In this document: positions 29,001-39,406 of the stretch, in pieces | How the letters are laid out: each line of letters opens with the position of its first letter | How positions within the stretch are numbered: position 1 is the first letter of the stretch | Assembly: GCA_947378785.1 (NCBI GenBank) | Contig: CANCLK010000002.1 | Span: forward strand, 6,295 to 70,294 | Direction of reading: 5' to 3' | Source of the DNA: Comamonadaceae bacterium | Lineage (GTDB): Bacteria > Pseudomonadota > Gammaproteobacteria > Burkholderiales > Burkholderiaceae_C | Length of the DNA stretch: 64,000 nucleotides | Made by a program: the position numbers and the translations under genes | The notes under the pieces: model-generated | Databases searched by the model: none | What the model was told of the DNA's origin: nothing | What the model saw: the letters and a program-made list of their open reading frames with translations, nothing else

Positions 29001-29110
29001 GGCGGAGCCATTGTCGCAGGCGCAGACGTGATGCGCTGAGCTCATCAGGGTGAACAACAACGGTGACAAAATAAGACTCAAAGACCGATCACGCTTTCAA
29101 GGGAACTCAC

Positions 29111-30451
29111 ATGGCTCAACAAGACTTCAATATGGATCACCACTGGTTGCCGTTCACGCCGAATCGCAGCTTCAAGCAGGACCCGCGCGTCTTTGTCGCC
29201 GCCGACGGCATGCACTTCACCACGCACGACGGCAAGCAGGTGCTGGACGGTATTTCAAGTCTGTGGTGTGTCACGGCGGGCCACAACCGCAAGCCGATCA
29301 ACGAGGCGATCAAAAAGCAGCTCGACACGTTGGACTACGCGACGGCTTTTCAGGCCAGCAACGACCAAGCTTTCAAGGCTGCTGAAATGATCGCCACCAT
29401 GGCGCCCGGTGACTTGAACAAGGTGTTGTTTTGCAGCTCAGGATCAGAAGCCGCAGACACCTCACTCAAGGTTGCGTTAGCGTACCACCGCGCCCGTGGC
29501 GAAGGCCATCGCAATGTCTTCATCGGTCGAGAGCGGGGCTACCACGGCGTCGGTTTTGGCGGGATGAGCGTGGGCGGGATTCCTGCCAATCGCAAGGCCT
29601 ACGGCACGGCGCTGCTACCGCGTGTGGACCACATGCAGTTCATTCACGACCCCGTGAACCACGCCTACATTCACAACCGGGAGCCGGTCTGGCAAGAAGA
29701 CATCTTGTTGGAGCTAGAAAACCGCATCTTGCCGCTGCACGACGCCAGCAACATCGCCGCTGTGATTGTCGAGCCGGTGGCTGGCAGTGCCGGTTGGTAT
29801 CTGCCGCCGCAGGGGTACTTGAAGCGACTGCGAGAGATCTGCGACAAGCACGGCATCTTGCTGATTTTTGACGAAGTGATCACCGGCTTTGGTCGCATGG
29901 GCGTCAACTTTGGCGCCGACTATTACGGCGTTGTGCCAGACATGTTGAACTTCGCCAAGGGCGTCACCAACGGTGTGATTCCGCTGGGCGGCGTGATCTG
30001 CACCGACCGCATTTACAACGCGATGATGAAGGCCCATGGCGAGGCGGCCGACCACGCCATCGAGTTCTTCCATGGCTACACCTACTCGGGTCATCCGGTG
30101 GCCTGCGCAGCGGCCATTGCCACGCTCGCGCTGTTCAAGGAAGAGAAGCTGTTTGAACGCGCCGGGCTGATGGGCGCGGTGCTGGGCGATGCGATGCACA
30201 GCGGTTTGAAGGGCCTGCCGAATGTCATCGGTATTCGCAGCCTAGGTCTTGCGGGTGCTGTCGAAATGGCGCCGATAGCCGGCGCGCCCGGTAAACGCGC
30301 GTATGACGTTTTCATGACCTGCTTTCACAACGGTGTCTTGGTCCGGTCCGCCGGTGAAAACATCGTGCTGTGCCCGCCGTTCATTGTGGACAAAGAGCAC
30401 ATCGACCGGATGGTCAATGTGCTGGCTGACGCAATTCGCCAACACGCTTGA
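29111..30451 (+). CDS. Class III aminotransferase, beta-alanine/omega-amino acid:pyruvate type
   Basis: WLPFTPNR.FK, YHGVGFGG, FDEVITGFGR, FAKG. Confidence 0.92.
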   Translation: MAQQDFNMDHHWLPFTPNRSFKQDPRVFVAADGMHFTTHDGKQVLDGISSLWCVTAGHNRKPINEAIKKQLDTLDYATAFQASNDQAFKAAEMIATMAPGDLNKVLFCSSGSEAADTSLKVALAYHRARGEGHRNVFIGRERGYHGVGFGGMSVGGIPANRKAYGTALLPRVDHMQFIHDPVNHAYIHNREPVWQEDILLELENRILPLHDASNIAAVIVEPVAGSAGWYLPPQGYLKRLREICDKHGILLIFDEVITGFGRMGVNFGADYYGVVPDMLNFAKGVTNGVIPLGGVICTDRIYNAMMKAHGEAADHAIEFFHGYTYSGHPVACAAAIATLALFKEEKLFERAGLMGAVLGDAMHSGLKGLPNVIGIRSLGLAGAVEMAPIAGAPGKRAYDVFMTCFHNGVLVRSAGENIVLCPPFIVDKEHIDRMVNVLADAIRQHA

Positions 30452-30455
30452 ACGC

Positions 30456-30560
30456 TGTCATGGCGAGCGCAGCGCGGCCATAGCGTCTTTGCGAGCAAAG
30501 CGCGGCAATCCATGACTGCGAATTCGGACTCTGGACTGCCGCGCTGTGCTCGCAGTGACG
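30456..30560. repeat. Long palindromic REP/RPE-like element, copy 2 (three arms)
   Basis: Arms 30456-30481, 30484-30512 and inverted 30532-30560, homologous to 14196-14260. Confidence 0.85.
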
Positions 30561-30594
30561 GGATTTTTCGCTTGCCCTGACGGTGCTTTGAACT

Positions 30595-31431
30595 TCAACG
30601 CCGCGGCAGTTGCTTGGCCAGATCGGCGCAGTAATCTTTCTCGGGTGTTGCTGGCGTGGCCCAGACGCTGTCAAAAGCTTCGTGCTCCCCGCCCGCTGTG
30701 CCCGATCGCAGTCGGATGGCTTTGATTCGCAACGCTGGCGGCAGGTGTTGCGGTACGCCGAGTTGCTTGTCTGCATGGACGCTACCACTGATCAGCACCA
30801 CCACTTGACCGGGCTGAACGGCAGCTCTAACGGTGTCCGCCATACGCATATCTTTGGCGATTTGAATGCGCGTCATCGGCGTGATCTGGCTTTCGGGCAA
30901 CAGATTGCAATGGCCTTGCCGGATGAGTTGCTGCTGCACTTTCAGCGCCGGGCCCGGCAGTCGCTGGTCTAGCTGCGCATCGGCCATGCTGCGGTGCATT
31001 TGCACGCGCGGCAAGTTCGCGCCCAGCACCGGCACACCCGCGCGCACGGCACTCATCACGGCCGGGCCATAGGCAGCCCAGGGCCAGGCGTCGTTGCTCC
31101 ATTGAAGCGCTGTGCGGACCTGCTCTTCGCTGGTGTCAGGACGCAGAGCGGCGGTGCTGATTCCGCTGTCAGCCATCTCCAAGGCAACTGCTGCAAGGAC
31201 ACCGCGTGCCGCCAGCGCTTCGACGATCTGCTGCTGCAATACCTGATGCATGGGCGCATCATGCTGCTCGCCAAGCAGCAACACATCGGTTGGCAACCAA
31301 GTCCCGAGCCGGCTTTGCAATTCTGTGGCGCGAAGTCCATAGGTGCAACCAGCCAGCGACACACTCAGCGCGATGGCGAGCACTGTCGCGCAAGACCGGG
31401 CAATGGCAGACAGAAAAAAGGGGGTGCACAT
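30595..31431 (-). CDS. ChaN family lipoprotein
   Basis: Lipobox LAGC, LLGEQHD, LEM, G.VHAD..LGVP. Confidence 0.85.
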   Translation of the reverse strand: MCTPFFLSAIARSCATVLAIALSVSLAGCTYGLRATELQSRLGTWLPTDVLLLGEQHDAPMHQVLQQQIVEALAARGVLAAVALEMADSGISTAALRPDTSEEQVRTALQWSNDAWPWAAYGPAVMSAVRAGVPVLGANLPRVQMHRSMADAQLDQRLPGPALKVQQQLIRQGHCNLLPESQITPMTRIQIAKDMRMADTVRAAVQPGQVVVLISGSVHADKQLGVPQHLPPALRIKAIRLRSGTAGGEHEAFDSVWATPATPEKDYCADLAKQLPRR

Positions 31432-31489
31432 GCGTTGATACTAAGGCCTCGCCTGATTTGACCGCTCCTGATTTTTAGCCAACCGATTC

Positions 31490-32590
31490 ATGCCTCGTTT
31501 CGCCCTCGCCATATTCACCCAGAGACTGTTTCAGCAGCCTGTTGCACGCACCCTGCTCACGCTGTTGCTGGCCTGGGTTGCGGCTTTGCTGTGTCAGGCA
31601 TGGAAAGTTCCTTTGCCGTGGATGATCGGGCCGCTGCTGCTGACGGCGGCTTTGTCGATGGCTGGTGGCCCGACCACCAGCTGGACGCCGTTGCGCAACG
31701 GCGCGCAATGGGTCATTGGTGGTGCATTGGGGCTGTACTTCACGCCGCAGATTGTCAGTTTGGTGGCTGGATTGTGGTGGGTGATGGCGCTTGGCATCTT
31801 GTGGGCGCTGGCGCTTGGGCTGGTGTTTGGTGCTTGGCTGCATAAAGTGCATGCCGGCGCTGGTCCCTTGCATATTGAGGGGCTCTCGCGCATCACCACC
31901 TACTTTTCTTCACCCATCGGAGCGGCATCGGAGATGACGATGATGGGCGAACGCCATGGTGCGAGCACTGACCTCATTGCTTCGGCGCACAGCCTACGGG
32001 TTCTGCTGGTCACGCTGATGGTTCCCTTCGGTTTTCAGTGGGCGGGTTTGCATGGACTGGACACGAGTTTTCCTGGCCCGCGCATCGTGGTCTGGCCAAG
32101 CTTGGCGCTGTGGACTTTGCTCACCGGCGTTGGCTGTTGGATCATGGTCAAGACACAGAGAACGAACCCTTGGTTTATCGGCCCGCTGGTCGTGTCGATA
32201 CTGCTAACCGCCAACGGTCTGAGCCAGTCAGCGCTGCCACCTGGTGTGATCAATGCCGCGCAGCTCGCCCTTGGCATCAGTCTGGGCGTTCGTTTCACGC
32301 CTAGTTTTGTGCACATGGCGCCGCGTTGGATGGCGTCAGTGGCGTTGGCTACCGTGGTCATGATTGCGCTGTGTGGCGGATTCGCCTGGACGCTGTCGCA
32401 TGTCGTCGACCTTCATTGGGCCACGCTGTTGCTGGGCACATCCCCCGGCGGTGTCGCGGAAATGGCGATCACCGCCAAAGTCTTGCAACTGGGTGTGCCT
32501 ATCGTGACCGCATTCCATGTGATGCGGTTGGCGGCAGTGCTGCTATTTGCGGAGCCGATGTACCGCTGGTGGTATCAGGGCCGGCTGTAG
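31490..32590 (+). CDS. AbrB family membrane protein
   Basis: Duplicated PLPWMIGP/PWFIGP halves, PGGVAEM. Confidence 0.88.
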   Translation: MPRFALAIFTQRLFQQPVARTLLTLLLAWVAALLCQAWKVPLPWMIGPLLLTAALSMAGGPTTSWTPLRNGAQWVIGGALGLYFTPQIVSLVAGLWWVMALGILWALALGLVFGAWLHKVHAGAGPLHIEGLSRITTYFSSPIGAASEMTMMGERHGASTDLIASAHSLRVLLVTLMVPFGFQWAGLHGLDTSFPGPRIVVWPSLALWTLLTGVGCWIMVKTQRTNPWFIGPLVVSILLTANGLSQSALPPGVINAAQLALGISLGVRFTPSFVHMAPRWMASVALATVVMIALCGGFAWTLSHVVDLHWATLLLGTSPGGVAEMAITAKVLQLGVPIVTAFHVMRLAAVLLFAEPMYRWWYQGRL

Positions 32591-32757
32591 TCGCAAGACG
32601 ATTCTGTTTGTTGTTGCGCTGTGATGCACGCCAAGCTTGTTTCCACGGGGCACTGCGAGAGTTGCCGCGAAGCTTTTCGACCTTTGACTCAGACTATAGT
32701 GGGTGACATGGCGGCTTAAAATCAATCACTGCCAACACTCAACGAAGGCTTGCAGCA

Positions 32758-35097
32758 ATGGAATACGACGGCTTGCTATTTGGCTCGGGCAAACGCGGTG
32801 ACCACGACGAGCACGATGATTTCGTGCAAGGGCGAGGTCGCTACACCAGCGACATCGACGTGCCAGGCCAACTGTACGCGTACTTCGTTCGCAGCCCGAT
32901 GGCAGCCGCGCGAATCTTACGCATTGATGCCTCCGCCGCCGAATCCATGGTGGGCGTCCATGCGGTTCTCACTGGCGAGCAGCTGGCGCTAGCCGGTGTC
33001 GGCAAGATCATGCCGCTGGCCATCTTTAACGGGCGTGACGGGCAGCCCATGGCTCAGGCCGGCGTTCCCGTGCTGGCTTATCCCGAGGTGCGCTATGTTG
33101 GTGAAGCGGTCGCACTGGTAGTGGCCGACGACGCCGCCACCGCTCAGCTAGCGGCAGAGCTTGTCGAGGTTGAGTGGGCGTCGCAGGCCCCTGTGATTGA
33201 CCCCTTGCAGGCCATAGAACCTTCAGCTCCCGCGGTGCATGAAAACTGCCCGTCTAATATTGCGCTCGACTGGGAGGATGGCGATTTAGCAGCATCCGAC
33301 GCGGCTTTTTCGCAGGCCCATCACGTCGAGTCGGTGGACCTTGCGGATCCGCCTATGACGGCCTGCGCCATGGAGCCAAAGGCCGCTTTAGCGCAGTGGG
33401 ACTCTGTCACCTCGCGCTTCACGCTGGTCGCCACCACGCAGGGCGTGATGTTGGTGCGCAAGATCTTGGCCGAGCAAGTGTTCAAAATTGCACTCGAAAA
33501 TCTTCGGGTGATCACGCCACACGTGGGCGGCGGCTTCGGCGCCAAGGTTCAGACTTATGCTGAATATGCCGCCATCTTGTACGCTAGCCGCTTGCTGGAC
33601 CGGCCGGTCAAGTGGACGGCATCGCGCATCGAGTGTTTCCTGACCGACACCCACAGCCGCAACTCTACCTTGCGCGCGCACATGGCGTTTGATCCTCAGG
33701 GGTGCATCCTAGGCCTGAAGGCCGATGTGATTGTGGGCATAGGGGCCTACACATCGACCTACGTGGGGATCGTCGGCACCAACAACTTGAAAAACTGCCT
33801 GTCCAGTGTGTATCGCATTCCCTCGATACAGATGCGTTCGCGGCTGGTGTTCACGCACATGATGCCGCACGGCCCCTATCGCGGGGCTGGTCGCCCCGAG
33901 GCGATCTACATGATTGAGCGGCTGCTCGATCAGGCGGCTGCTTCCCTGGGCGTTGACCGTGTTGAGTTGCGTCGCCAAAACCTCATTCCCGCCAGCGAAA
34001 TGCCTTACACGGCGGCCAATGGACAGGTGTACGACAGTGGGGAGTTTGAAGTCGTGATGGATAAGGCCATGGTCTTATCGGACTGGCACGCGTTCGAGTC
34101 ACGTCGTCAGGTCAGTGAGCGTGACGGTAAGCTGCGCGGCATTGGCATGTGCTGCTTTCTCGAAGTGGCGGGCGGTATTCTTGAAGAACCTGCCGACCTG
34201 CGCTTTGCCGATGACGGTACTGTCAGCATCCACTTGGGCGCGCAGGACATCGGTCAGGGGCACTTGTCGACCTATCCCGTGCTCATCGCTGACCGGCTGG
34301 GCATCGATGTCAGCCGAGTGCGACTGGTAGCTGGCGACAGCGACCAGGCACCAGGGCTGGTGGCCACGGTCGCGTCACGCTCGACCATGATGGCCGGTAG
34401 TGCTACGGCACTGGCCTGCGACGAAGCCGTGCGGCGCGGCAAGCTGATCGCTTCTCACCTGCTGGAGGCTGCCGGGTTTGACATCGAGTTCAATAACGGC
34501 GAGTTTCGTGTTGTGGGGACCGACAAGGCAGTGAAATTGCTCGACCTGCCGACGCGACTTTCGCATTGGCCCGAGCGTCCTAAGGACCTGCCTGAGACAC
34601 TCAATAACATCGCCAAGTTCGTTTCGCCCGCCATGAGCTTTCCAAACGGTTGTCATGTCTGCGAGGTCGAGATTGATCCGGCTACCGGCTCGGTCGCCGT
34701 CGTGCGTCACACCGCGGTTGATGATGTTGGCGTGATGCTCAACCCGCCGGTGGTCGAGGGCCAAGTGCTGGGCGGGATAGCGCAGGGGCTGGGGCAGGTG
34801 TTGGGTGAGCGACTGCACTACGACGAACAAGGCCAACTTATCAACGCTTCTTTCATGGACTACCCCATGCCGCGCGCCGACATGCTGCCATTCATCACGC
34901 TGGGACACCATGAAGTGCCCTGTCGTAGCAACCCGCTGGGGGTCAAAGGCGCGGGTGAATCAGGGGTGGCGGGGTCCTTGCCGTCGGCTATCAATGCTAT
35001 CTTGCATGCGTTGTCCTATCGCGGTGTGCGGACCATGGACATGCCTTTCACTTCAGGCAGGGTGTGGAACGCACTGTCCTCAGTTAAAGGCCAATAA
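32758..35097 (+). CDS. Xanthine dehydrogenase family molybdopterin-binding large subunit (CoxL form II-like)
   Basis: VGGGFGAK, PYRGAGRPEA, GQGH, GQVLGGIAQG, GVKGAGE. Confidence 0.93.
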   Translation: MEYDGLLFGSGKRGDHDEHDDFVQGRGRYTSDIDVPGQLYAYFVRSPMAAARILRIDASAAESMVGVHAVLTGEQLALAGVGKIMPLAIFNGRDGQPMAQAGVPVLAYPEVRYVGEAVALVVADDAATAQLAAELVEVEWASQAPVIDPLQAIEPSAPAVHENCPSNIALDWEDGDLAASDAAFSQAHHVESVDLADPPMTACAMEPKAALAQWDSVTSRFTLVATTQGVMLVRKILAEQVFKIALENLRVITPHVGGGFGAKVQTYAEYAAILYASRLLDRPVKWTASRIECFLTDTHSRNSTLRAHMAFDPQGCILGLKADVIVGIGAYTSTYVGIVGTNNLKNCLSSVYRIPSIQMRSRLVFTHMMPHGPYRGAGRPEAIYMIERLLDQAAASLGVDRVELRRQNLIPASEMPYTAANGQVYDSGEFEVVMDKAMVLSDWHAFESRRQVSERDGKLRGIGMCCFLEVAGGILEEPADLRFADDGTVSIHLGAQDIGQGHLSTYPVLIADRLGIDVSRVRLVAGDSDQAPGLVATVASRSTMMAGSATALACDEAVRRGKLIASHLLEAAGFDIEFNNGEFRVVGTDKAVKLLDLPTRLSHWPERPKDLPETLNNIAKFVSPAMSFPNGCHVCEVEIDPATGSVAVVRHTAVDDVGVMLNPPVVEGQVLGGIAQGLGQVLGERLHYDEQGQLINASFMDYPMPRADMLPFITLGHHEVPCRSNPLGVKGAGESGVAGSLPSAINAILHALSYRGVRTMDMPFTSGRVWNALSSVKGQ

Positions 35098-36019
35098 CAG
35101 AGCGGCTGACCATGGCGTGGATGCCCTTGTTGCCATCCACCAGTTGCGTCACATGCAAGTCGCAAGCCAGACTGCAAAACACATAGGCTTCTTCTGCCGT
35201 CCAAGGTTTGATTTCGGTGAGCCACTTGATCATGTTGCGCAGTGCTTGTTTCGCTGCATCATCTAGATCTAAGTCCATGCCCATTGCTATGTAGTGGGTA
35301 GGTGTGATGGCGCGTGGGAAGTTCAGTGCATGCTTGTGCACGATCAGCTGAAAGCGACCCTTCAGGCAAGTTTCCAGCGCCGTGAGGCAGACCTCGCCGT
35401 CACCTTGAACTGCATGGCCATCACCTACTGACAAATTCGCGCCAGGTACAAATACCGGCAGGAATAAGGACGTGCCTGGCACAAACTCTTTGTTGTCGAT
35501 ATTGCCTCCATACTCGCGGGGCTCGACCGATGACACGCGGCCATACGCCGGCGGTGGCGCTACGCCGACGATGCCAAAGAAGGGCTGAAGAGGGATGTCA
35601 ACGCCCCAGGGTAGGCGGGCCACGTGGGCTTGTCTATCGATAGGAATAATGCGCCGACTGAGGCTCGGAAAATCCTCTGGTAGCGCACCCTTGAGTGGCC
35701 GGATGATGTTCCAGCCCCAGTCGGTGGTGAGTTCAATGTCTAGGATGCGGACCTCCAGCGTATCCCCTGGCTCGGCCCCTTTCACATGCACTGGACCGGT
35801 GAGAATGTGCGGCCCCAAGATCTGCGGGACCGTGTCAACGATAAGCTGGTGTGCTGGCCGAAACAGGCTGGGGTCGGCCACTTCGCTCAGACCGCCAGAG
35901 AACGTGTCGATGATGACTGTGTCACCCGAGGCGACTTCGAGTACCGCCGGGATCGCCGCGTCGAAGTGACCCCAGTGCACCGTTTGTGGTGTTGGGTTTA
36001 AATCGAATGTCTGGCTCAT
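35084..36019 (-). CDS. Acetamidase/formamidase family protein
   Basis: HILTGPV.V.GAEPGD, GGNID, GDGHAVQGDGEV. Confidence 0.93.
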   Translation of the reverse strand: MSQTFDLNPTPQTVHWGHFDAAIPAVLEVASGDTVIIDTFSGGLSEVADPSLFRPAHQLIVDTVPQILGPHILTGPVHVKGAEPGDTLEVRILDIELTTDWGWNIIRPLKGALPEDFPSLSRRIIPIDRQAHVARLPWGVDIPLQPFFGIVGVAPPPAYGRVSSVEPREYGGNIDNKEFVPGTSLFLPVFVPGANLSVGDGHAVQGDGEVCLTALETCLKGRFQLIVHKHALNFPRAITPTHYIAMGMDLDLDDAAKQALRNMIKWLTEIKPWTAEEAYVFCSLACDLHVTQLVDGNKGIHAMVSRSVIGL

Positions 36020-36801
36020 GCGTGGACTCCTATGTCATCGAGCGACTTGGCACCCGAAACGCCTAAGTGCTCGTCCAGCACATCTGGCTGCGACTTGAGC
36101 TCTTCCGGTGTACCAGAAAATACAAAGCGTCCCGACGCGATGATGTGAACGTAGTTGGCCACCGACAGCGCCAGCGCTAGATTCTGCTCCACCAACAAGA
36201 TGGTATGACCCAAGCTGCGCATTCGCATCATGATTTCGCCTACGTGCAGCACGAAGCGCGGGGACAGACCTTCGGATGGTTCGTCCATCAGTACCAAGTC
36301 GGGATTGGCTATTAAGGCCCTACCGATCGCTACCATCTGCTGTTCACCTCCGCTTAGTTCGTTGCCACCATTTTGAAGGCGGTCGCGAAGTTGAGGAAAC
36401 TCATCGAGCACTTTTTCTAGAGTCCAACCTCCGCGCTCGCGTGCACCGCGCTGCGCGGCTTGATTACCGGCCAGAGAGCTGGTGGGAAGTTGCAGATTTT
36501 CAAGTACAGACAGGTTTTTGAAGATGCGGCGACCCTGAGGAACGAGCGCCAGACCTATTTGCGCGATGCGAAATGGAGGTAGGCCCACCAGTGACTGTCC
36601 CTGATATTCGACCGCGCCCTGGCGAGGTGGTGTGAGGCCGAAGATGGAGCGGATCAGCGTGGTCTTACCCATGCCGTTGCGCCCTAAAATGGCGACAATC
36701 TGGCCGCGCGGGACGTCCATACTCAGACCCTGTAGAACATAGCTGTCCCCATAGTAGGTGTGTATGTCGCGAACCGATAGCAGCGTTTCAGACTTGTCCA
36801 A
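36016..36801 (-). CDS. Liv-type ABC ATP-binding protein (LivF-like)
   Basis: GRNGMGKT, LSGGEQQM, DEPSEGL, VEQN. Confidence 0.94.
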   Translation of the reverse strand: MDKSETLLSVRDIHTYYGDSYVLQGLSMDVPRGQIVAILGRNGMGKTTLIRSIFGLTPPRQGAVEYQGQSLVGLPPFRIAQIGLALVPQGRRIFKNLSVLENLQLPTSSLAGNQAAQRGARERGGWTLEKVLDEFPQLRDRLQNGGNELSGGEQQMVAIGRALIANPDLVLMDEPSEGLSPRFVLHVGEIMMRMRSLGHTILLVEQNLALALSVANYVHIIASGRFVFSGTPEELKSQPDVLDEHLGVSGAKSLDDIGVHA

Positions 36802-37534
36802 AGTACACCTCCCTGACCTGCGGGTTCACACGCACTTCCTGCGCGCTACCCTCAAGAATCATCTCGCCGCGGTGCAGGACCGTGACACGATCGGCTAGGC
36901 CCAACGCGATGTCCATGTCGTGCTCAATCATCAGCATGGTGATGGAGCGCGGCAGGTTTTGGATGATGGCAAATAGCCGCTGTCGTTCGGCGGGCGAGAG
37001 CCCTGCGCAGGGCTCGTCCAGCAGCAAGAGGCGGGGACCATTGACCAGCGCTAGCACCAACTCCAGCTGTCGGCGTTCGCCATACGACAAGCTCTTGACG
37101 GGCACGTCTTGCTTTCCGGGTAGACCTACCAGTGCGAGGTACTCGTCAGCTTTCTGGCGAATGTCACTCATTCGGTTCACGCTGGACCACATATTCCACT
37201 TCTTTGTGCGTATGCCCAGAACAGCCAGTGCCACGTTCTCCAGTACCGTTAGGTCAGCGAACACGCTGGAGATCTGGAAAGTGCGCCCGACACCTTTTTG
37301 CGTGCGGTCGGGTTCGGGTAGGCGGGTAATGTCTTCACCAAAACACTGGATGATGCCGCTAGACGGTTGCAGCACCCCGCTGATGCAGTGAAATAGCGAT
37401 GTCTTGCCAGCGCCGTTGGGGCCAATGATGACGCGCCTCTCACCCGGCGCCACCTGCAGGCTAACGTCACTGACCGCGCGCAGCCCCCCAAAATTTTTTG
37501 TGACCGACTGTAGAGACAAGGCCGGCGTGCTCAT
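36788..37534 (-). CDS. Liv-type ABC ATP-binding protein (LivG-like)
   Basis: [21 protein letters not shown]. Confidence 0.94.
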   Translation of the reverse strand: MSTPALSLQSVTKNFGGLRAVSDVSLQVAPGERRVIIGPNGAGKTSLFHCISGVLQPSSGIIQCFGEDITRLPEPDRTQKGVGRTFQISSVFADLTVLENVALAVLGIRTKKWNMWSSVNRMSDIRQKADEYLALVGLPGKQDVPVKSLSYGERRQLELVLALVNGPRLLLLDEPCAGLSPAERQRLFAIIQNLPRSITMLMIEHDMDIALGLADRVTVLHRGEMILEGSAQEVRVNPQVREVYFGQV

Positions 37535-38475
37535 GGCTGCCCCTTCTTGTCTTTGGTGGCCCCAATGCGACGCAGCAGGCCGACAACACCGCCAGGTGCC
37601 CATATCACTACCGCAATAAAGACCAGTCCCATGACCGCTAAGTGCAGCTCGAAGAACGTGCTCACCCAGTTCCGTAAGCCCAGCACCAGCGCAGCTCCGA
37701 TAAACGGACCGAGTAGGGTGCCTGAGCCTCCGACAATCGCCATCAGCACCGCCTCGACGTTGTTGTGAAGTGAGGCTGACACCGGGTTGACGAAGCGGTT
37801 GAGGTACACGTAAAGCACGCCCGCTAAGCTCGCCATGAAGGATGAGATGACGAAGGCAACATACAAATGTGCGCCCGGCTTGAAGCCTAGGCTGCGCATA
37901 CGGGGCTCGCCAGCCTTGATCCCACGTAGCGCCAATCCGAAGGGCGAACTCAACAGCTTCTGGTATCCGACCAGCATGACCACCACCACAGCAAGCACCA
38001 GGTAGTAGAACTGGCTAGCGTTGGCAATTTGAAAGCCGCCGAGGCCCGGTGCAGGCACGTTGGTGATGCCGCTGTCGCCGCCGGTCAAAGCCGTCCAACG
38101 GTAGCCCACGCCCCAGATGATGTACCCCATCGCCAGCGTCACGAGGATGAAGTACACCCCGCGTGTGCGTACTGATAAGCCGTAGATCGAGCCGAGAAAG
38201 GTGCCAGCCAAAATACCAGCAGACACAGCCCACACGCTGGTCACGCCGTAGCGCACCTGCAGGATAGCCGTGGTGTACGCTGCGACCGCGAAGAAGGCTG
38301 CGTGACAGAGTGAGAACAGCCCCGCGTTGCCCAACAGGAGATCGGCCGATAAGGCCAGCATGCCAAAGATGAGGACTTGGGTTGCCATGGTGACCCAGTA
38401 AGTGCCAACGAACAGCGGCAGCAATGCCGCCATAGCCATCAGCAGCACCAACACCATGCGAGTTTTTTTGTTCAT
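37531..38475 (-). CDS. Liv-type ABC permease (LivM-like)
   Basis: GLFSLCHAAF, YFILVTLA, GGSGTLLGP. Confidence 0.93.
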   Translation of the reverse strand: MNKKTRMVLVLLMAMAALLPLFVGTYWVTMATQVLIFGMLALSADLLLGNAGLFSLCHAAFFAVAAYTTAILQVRYGVTSVWAVSAGILAGTFLGSIYGLSVRTRGVYFILVTLAMGYIIWGVGYRWTALTGGDSGITNVPAPGLGGFQIANASQFYYLVLAVVVVMLVGYQKLLSSPFGLALRGIKAGEPRMRSLGFKPGAHLYVAFVISSFMASLAGVLYVYLNRFVNPVSASLHNNVEAVLMAIVGGSGTLLGPFIGAALVLGLRNWVSTFFELHLAVMGLVFIAVVIWAPGGVVGLLRRIGATKDKKGQP

Positions 38476-39338
38476 GTCATGTTCGCCGTGCCAAAGAGGC
38501 CGCGCGGGCGGAATAGCAATAGGATGGCCATGGGACCAAACAGCACGAAGTAAGACATCTCGGGCAACAACCAGCGTCCGTAGGCGTCGAGCAGGCCAAC
38601 AATGAGTGCGCCGATCATGGCTCCCTCCAAGCTGCCAAGTCCACCGACGATGACCACCACCAGCGCAAACACTAGGATCTCCCACTCAGCACCCGGGTAA
38701 ACGGTGAGAAACGCCCCGCCCAGAACCCCAGAGAACCCCGCCAAGAATGACGCCAGCGCCGACACGATGATGAACAGACGATCAACGTGGATGCCTGTGG
38801 CACTGACCATCTCTCGGTCGTCGACCCCGGCGCGAATAGCCGCGCCAATCTGAGTCTTCCGGTAGAGGATCCACAGTAGGACTGCGACCAAGACGCCCAC
38901 AGAGGTCAGGAAGAATCTAAAGACCGGATAGACAATGCCGCCCGGAAGTTCAACGACGCCACGCATCATCATTGGAATGGGCAATTTCTGTGCGTCGCCG
39001 CCCCAGACCTTGAGAACCAGATCACCCACCACATAGGCTAGGCCGACCGTGACGAGCACTTGCGCAAGATGGTCCTCGCCGGTGCGTTTGATGAGCAGCT
39101 TGTCGGCCACGAATCCCAGCAGCGCCGCTGCTGCACCACCGGCCAGCAGCGCGAGCCCAAAGTTGCCGGTAGCTTTTGCGACGGTTAAACCAATGTAGCC
39201 TCCGACCAGATAATAAGCGCCGTGGGCCATGTTGACGATCCGCATCAAGCCGAAGGTCAAGGTAAAGCCGCTTGCCAAGAGAAAAAGCAACGCCGCATAG
39301 GAGATGCCATTGAAAGTTTGGAGAATGAAGCTATTCAT
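38472..39338 (-). CDS. Liv-type ABC permease (LivH-like)
   Basis: G.TLTFGLMRIVNMAHG, GGLGSLEGA, RPRGLFG. Confidence 0.94.
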   Translation of the reverse strand: MNSFILQTFNGISYAALLFLLASGFTLTFGLMRIVNMAHGAYYLVGGYIGLTVAKATGNFGLALLAGGAAAALLGFVADKLLIKRTGEDHLAQVLVTVGLAYVVGDLVLKVWGGDAQKLPIPMMMRGVVELPGGIVYPVFRFFLTSVGVLVAVLLWILYRKTQIGAAIRAGVDDREMVSATGIHVDRLFIIVSALASFLAGFSGVLGGAFLTVYPGAEWEILVFALVVVIVGGLGSLEGAMIGALIVGLLDAYGRWLLPEMSYFVLFGPMAILLLFRPRGLFGTANMT

Positions 39339-39353
39339 GGCCGTTCGGAAAGG

Positions 39354-39380
39354 AGCTTTCCACCCAACGGGTGGAAAGCT
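39354..39380 (-). promoter_or_regulatory. 12-bp hairpin after the binding-protein gene (mRNA-stabilising or attenuating)
   Basis: AGCTTTCCACCC-AAC-GGGTGGAAAGCT. Confidence 0.6.
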
Positions 39381-39406
39381 GAATCACTGGGATTGCGAAC
39401 GCCTGG

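Noticed and set aside
31490-32590. Ammonia monooxygenase
   Set aside because: Legacy label of the AbrB membrane family; no amoCAB context
32591-32757. Moco riboswitch or ModE box upstream of the Mo enzyme
   Set aside because: No recognisable conserved stems or ModE palindrome; an Infernal search is needed to exclude it fully
32758-35097. True aerobic CO dehydrogenase
   Set aside because: Lacks the form I AYxCSFR loop, and no coxM, coxS or accessory genes are present
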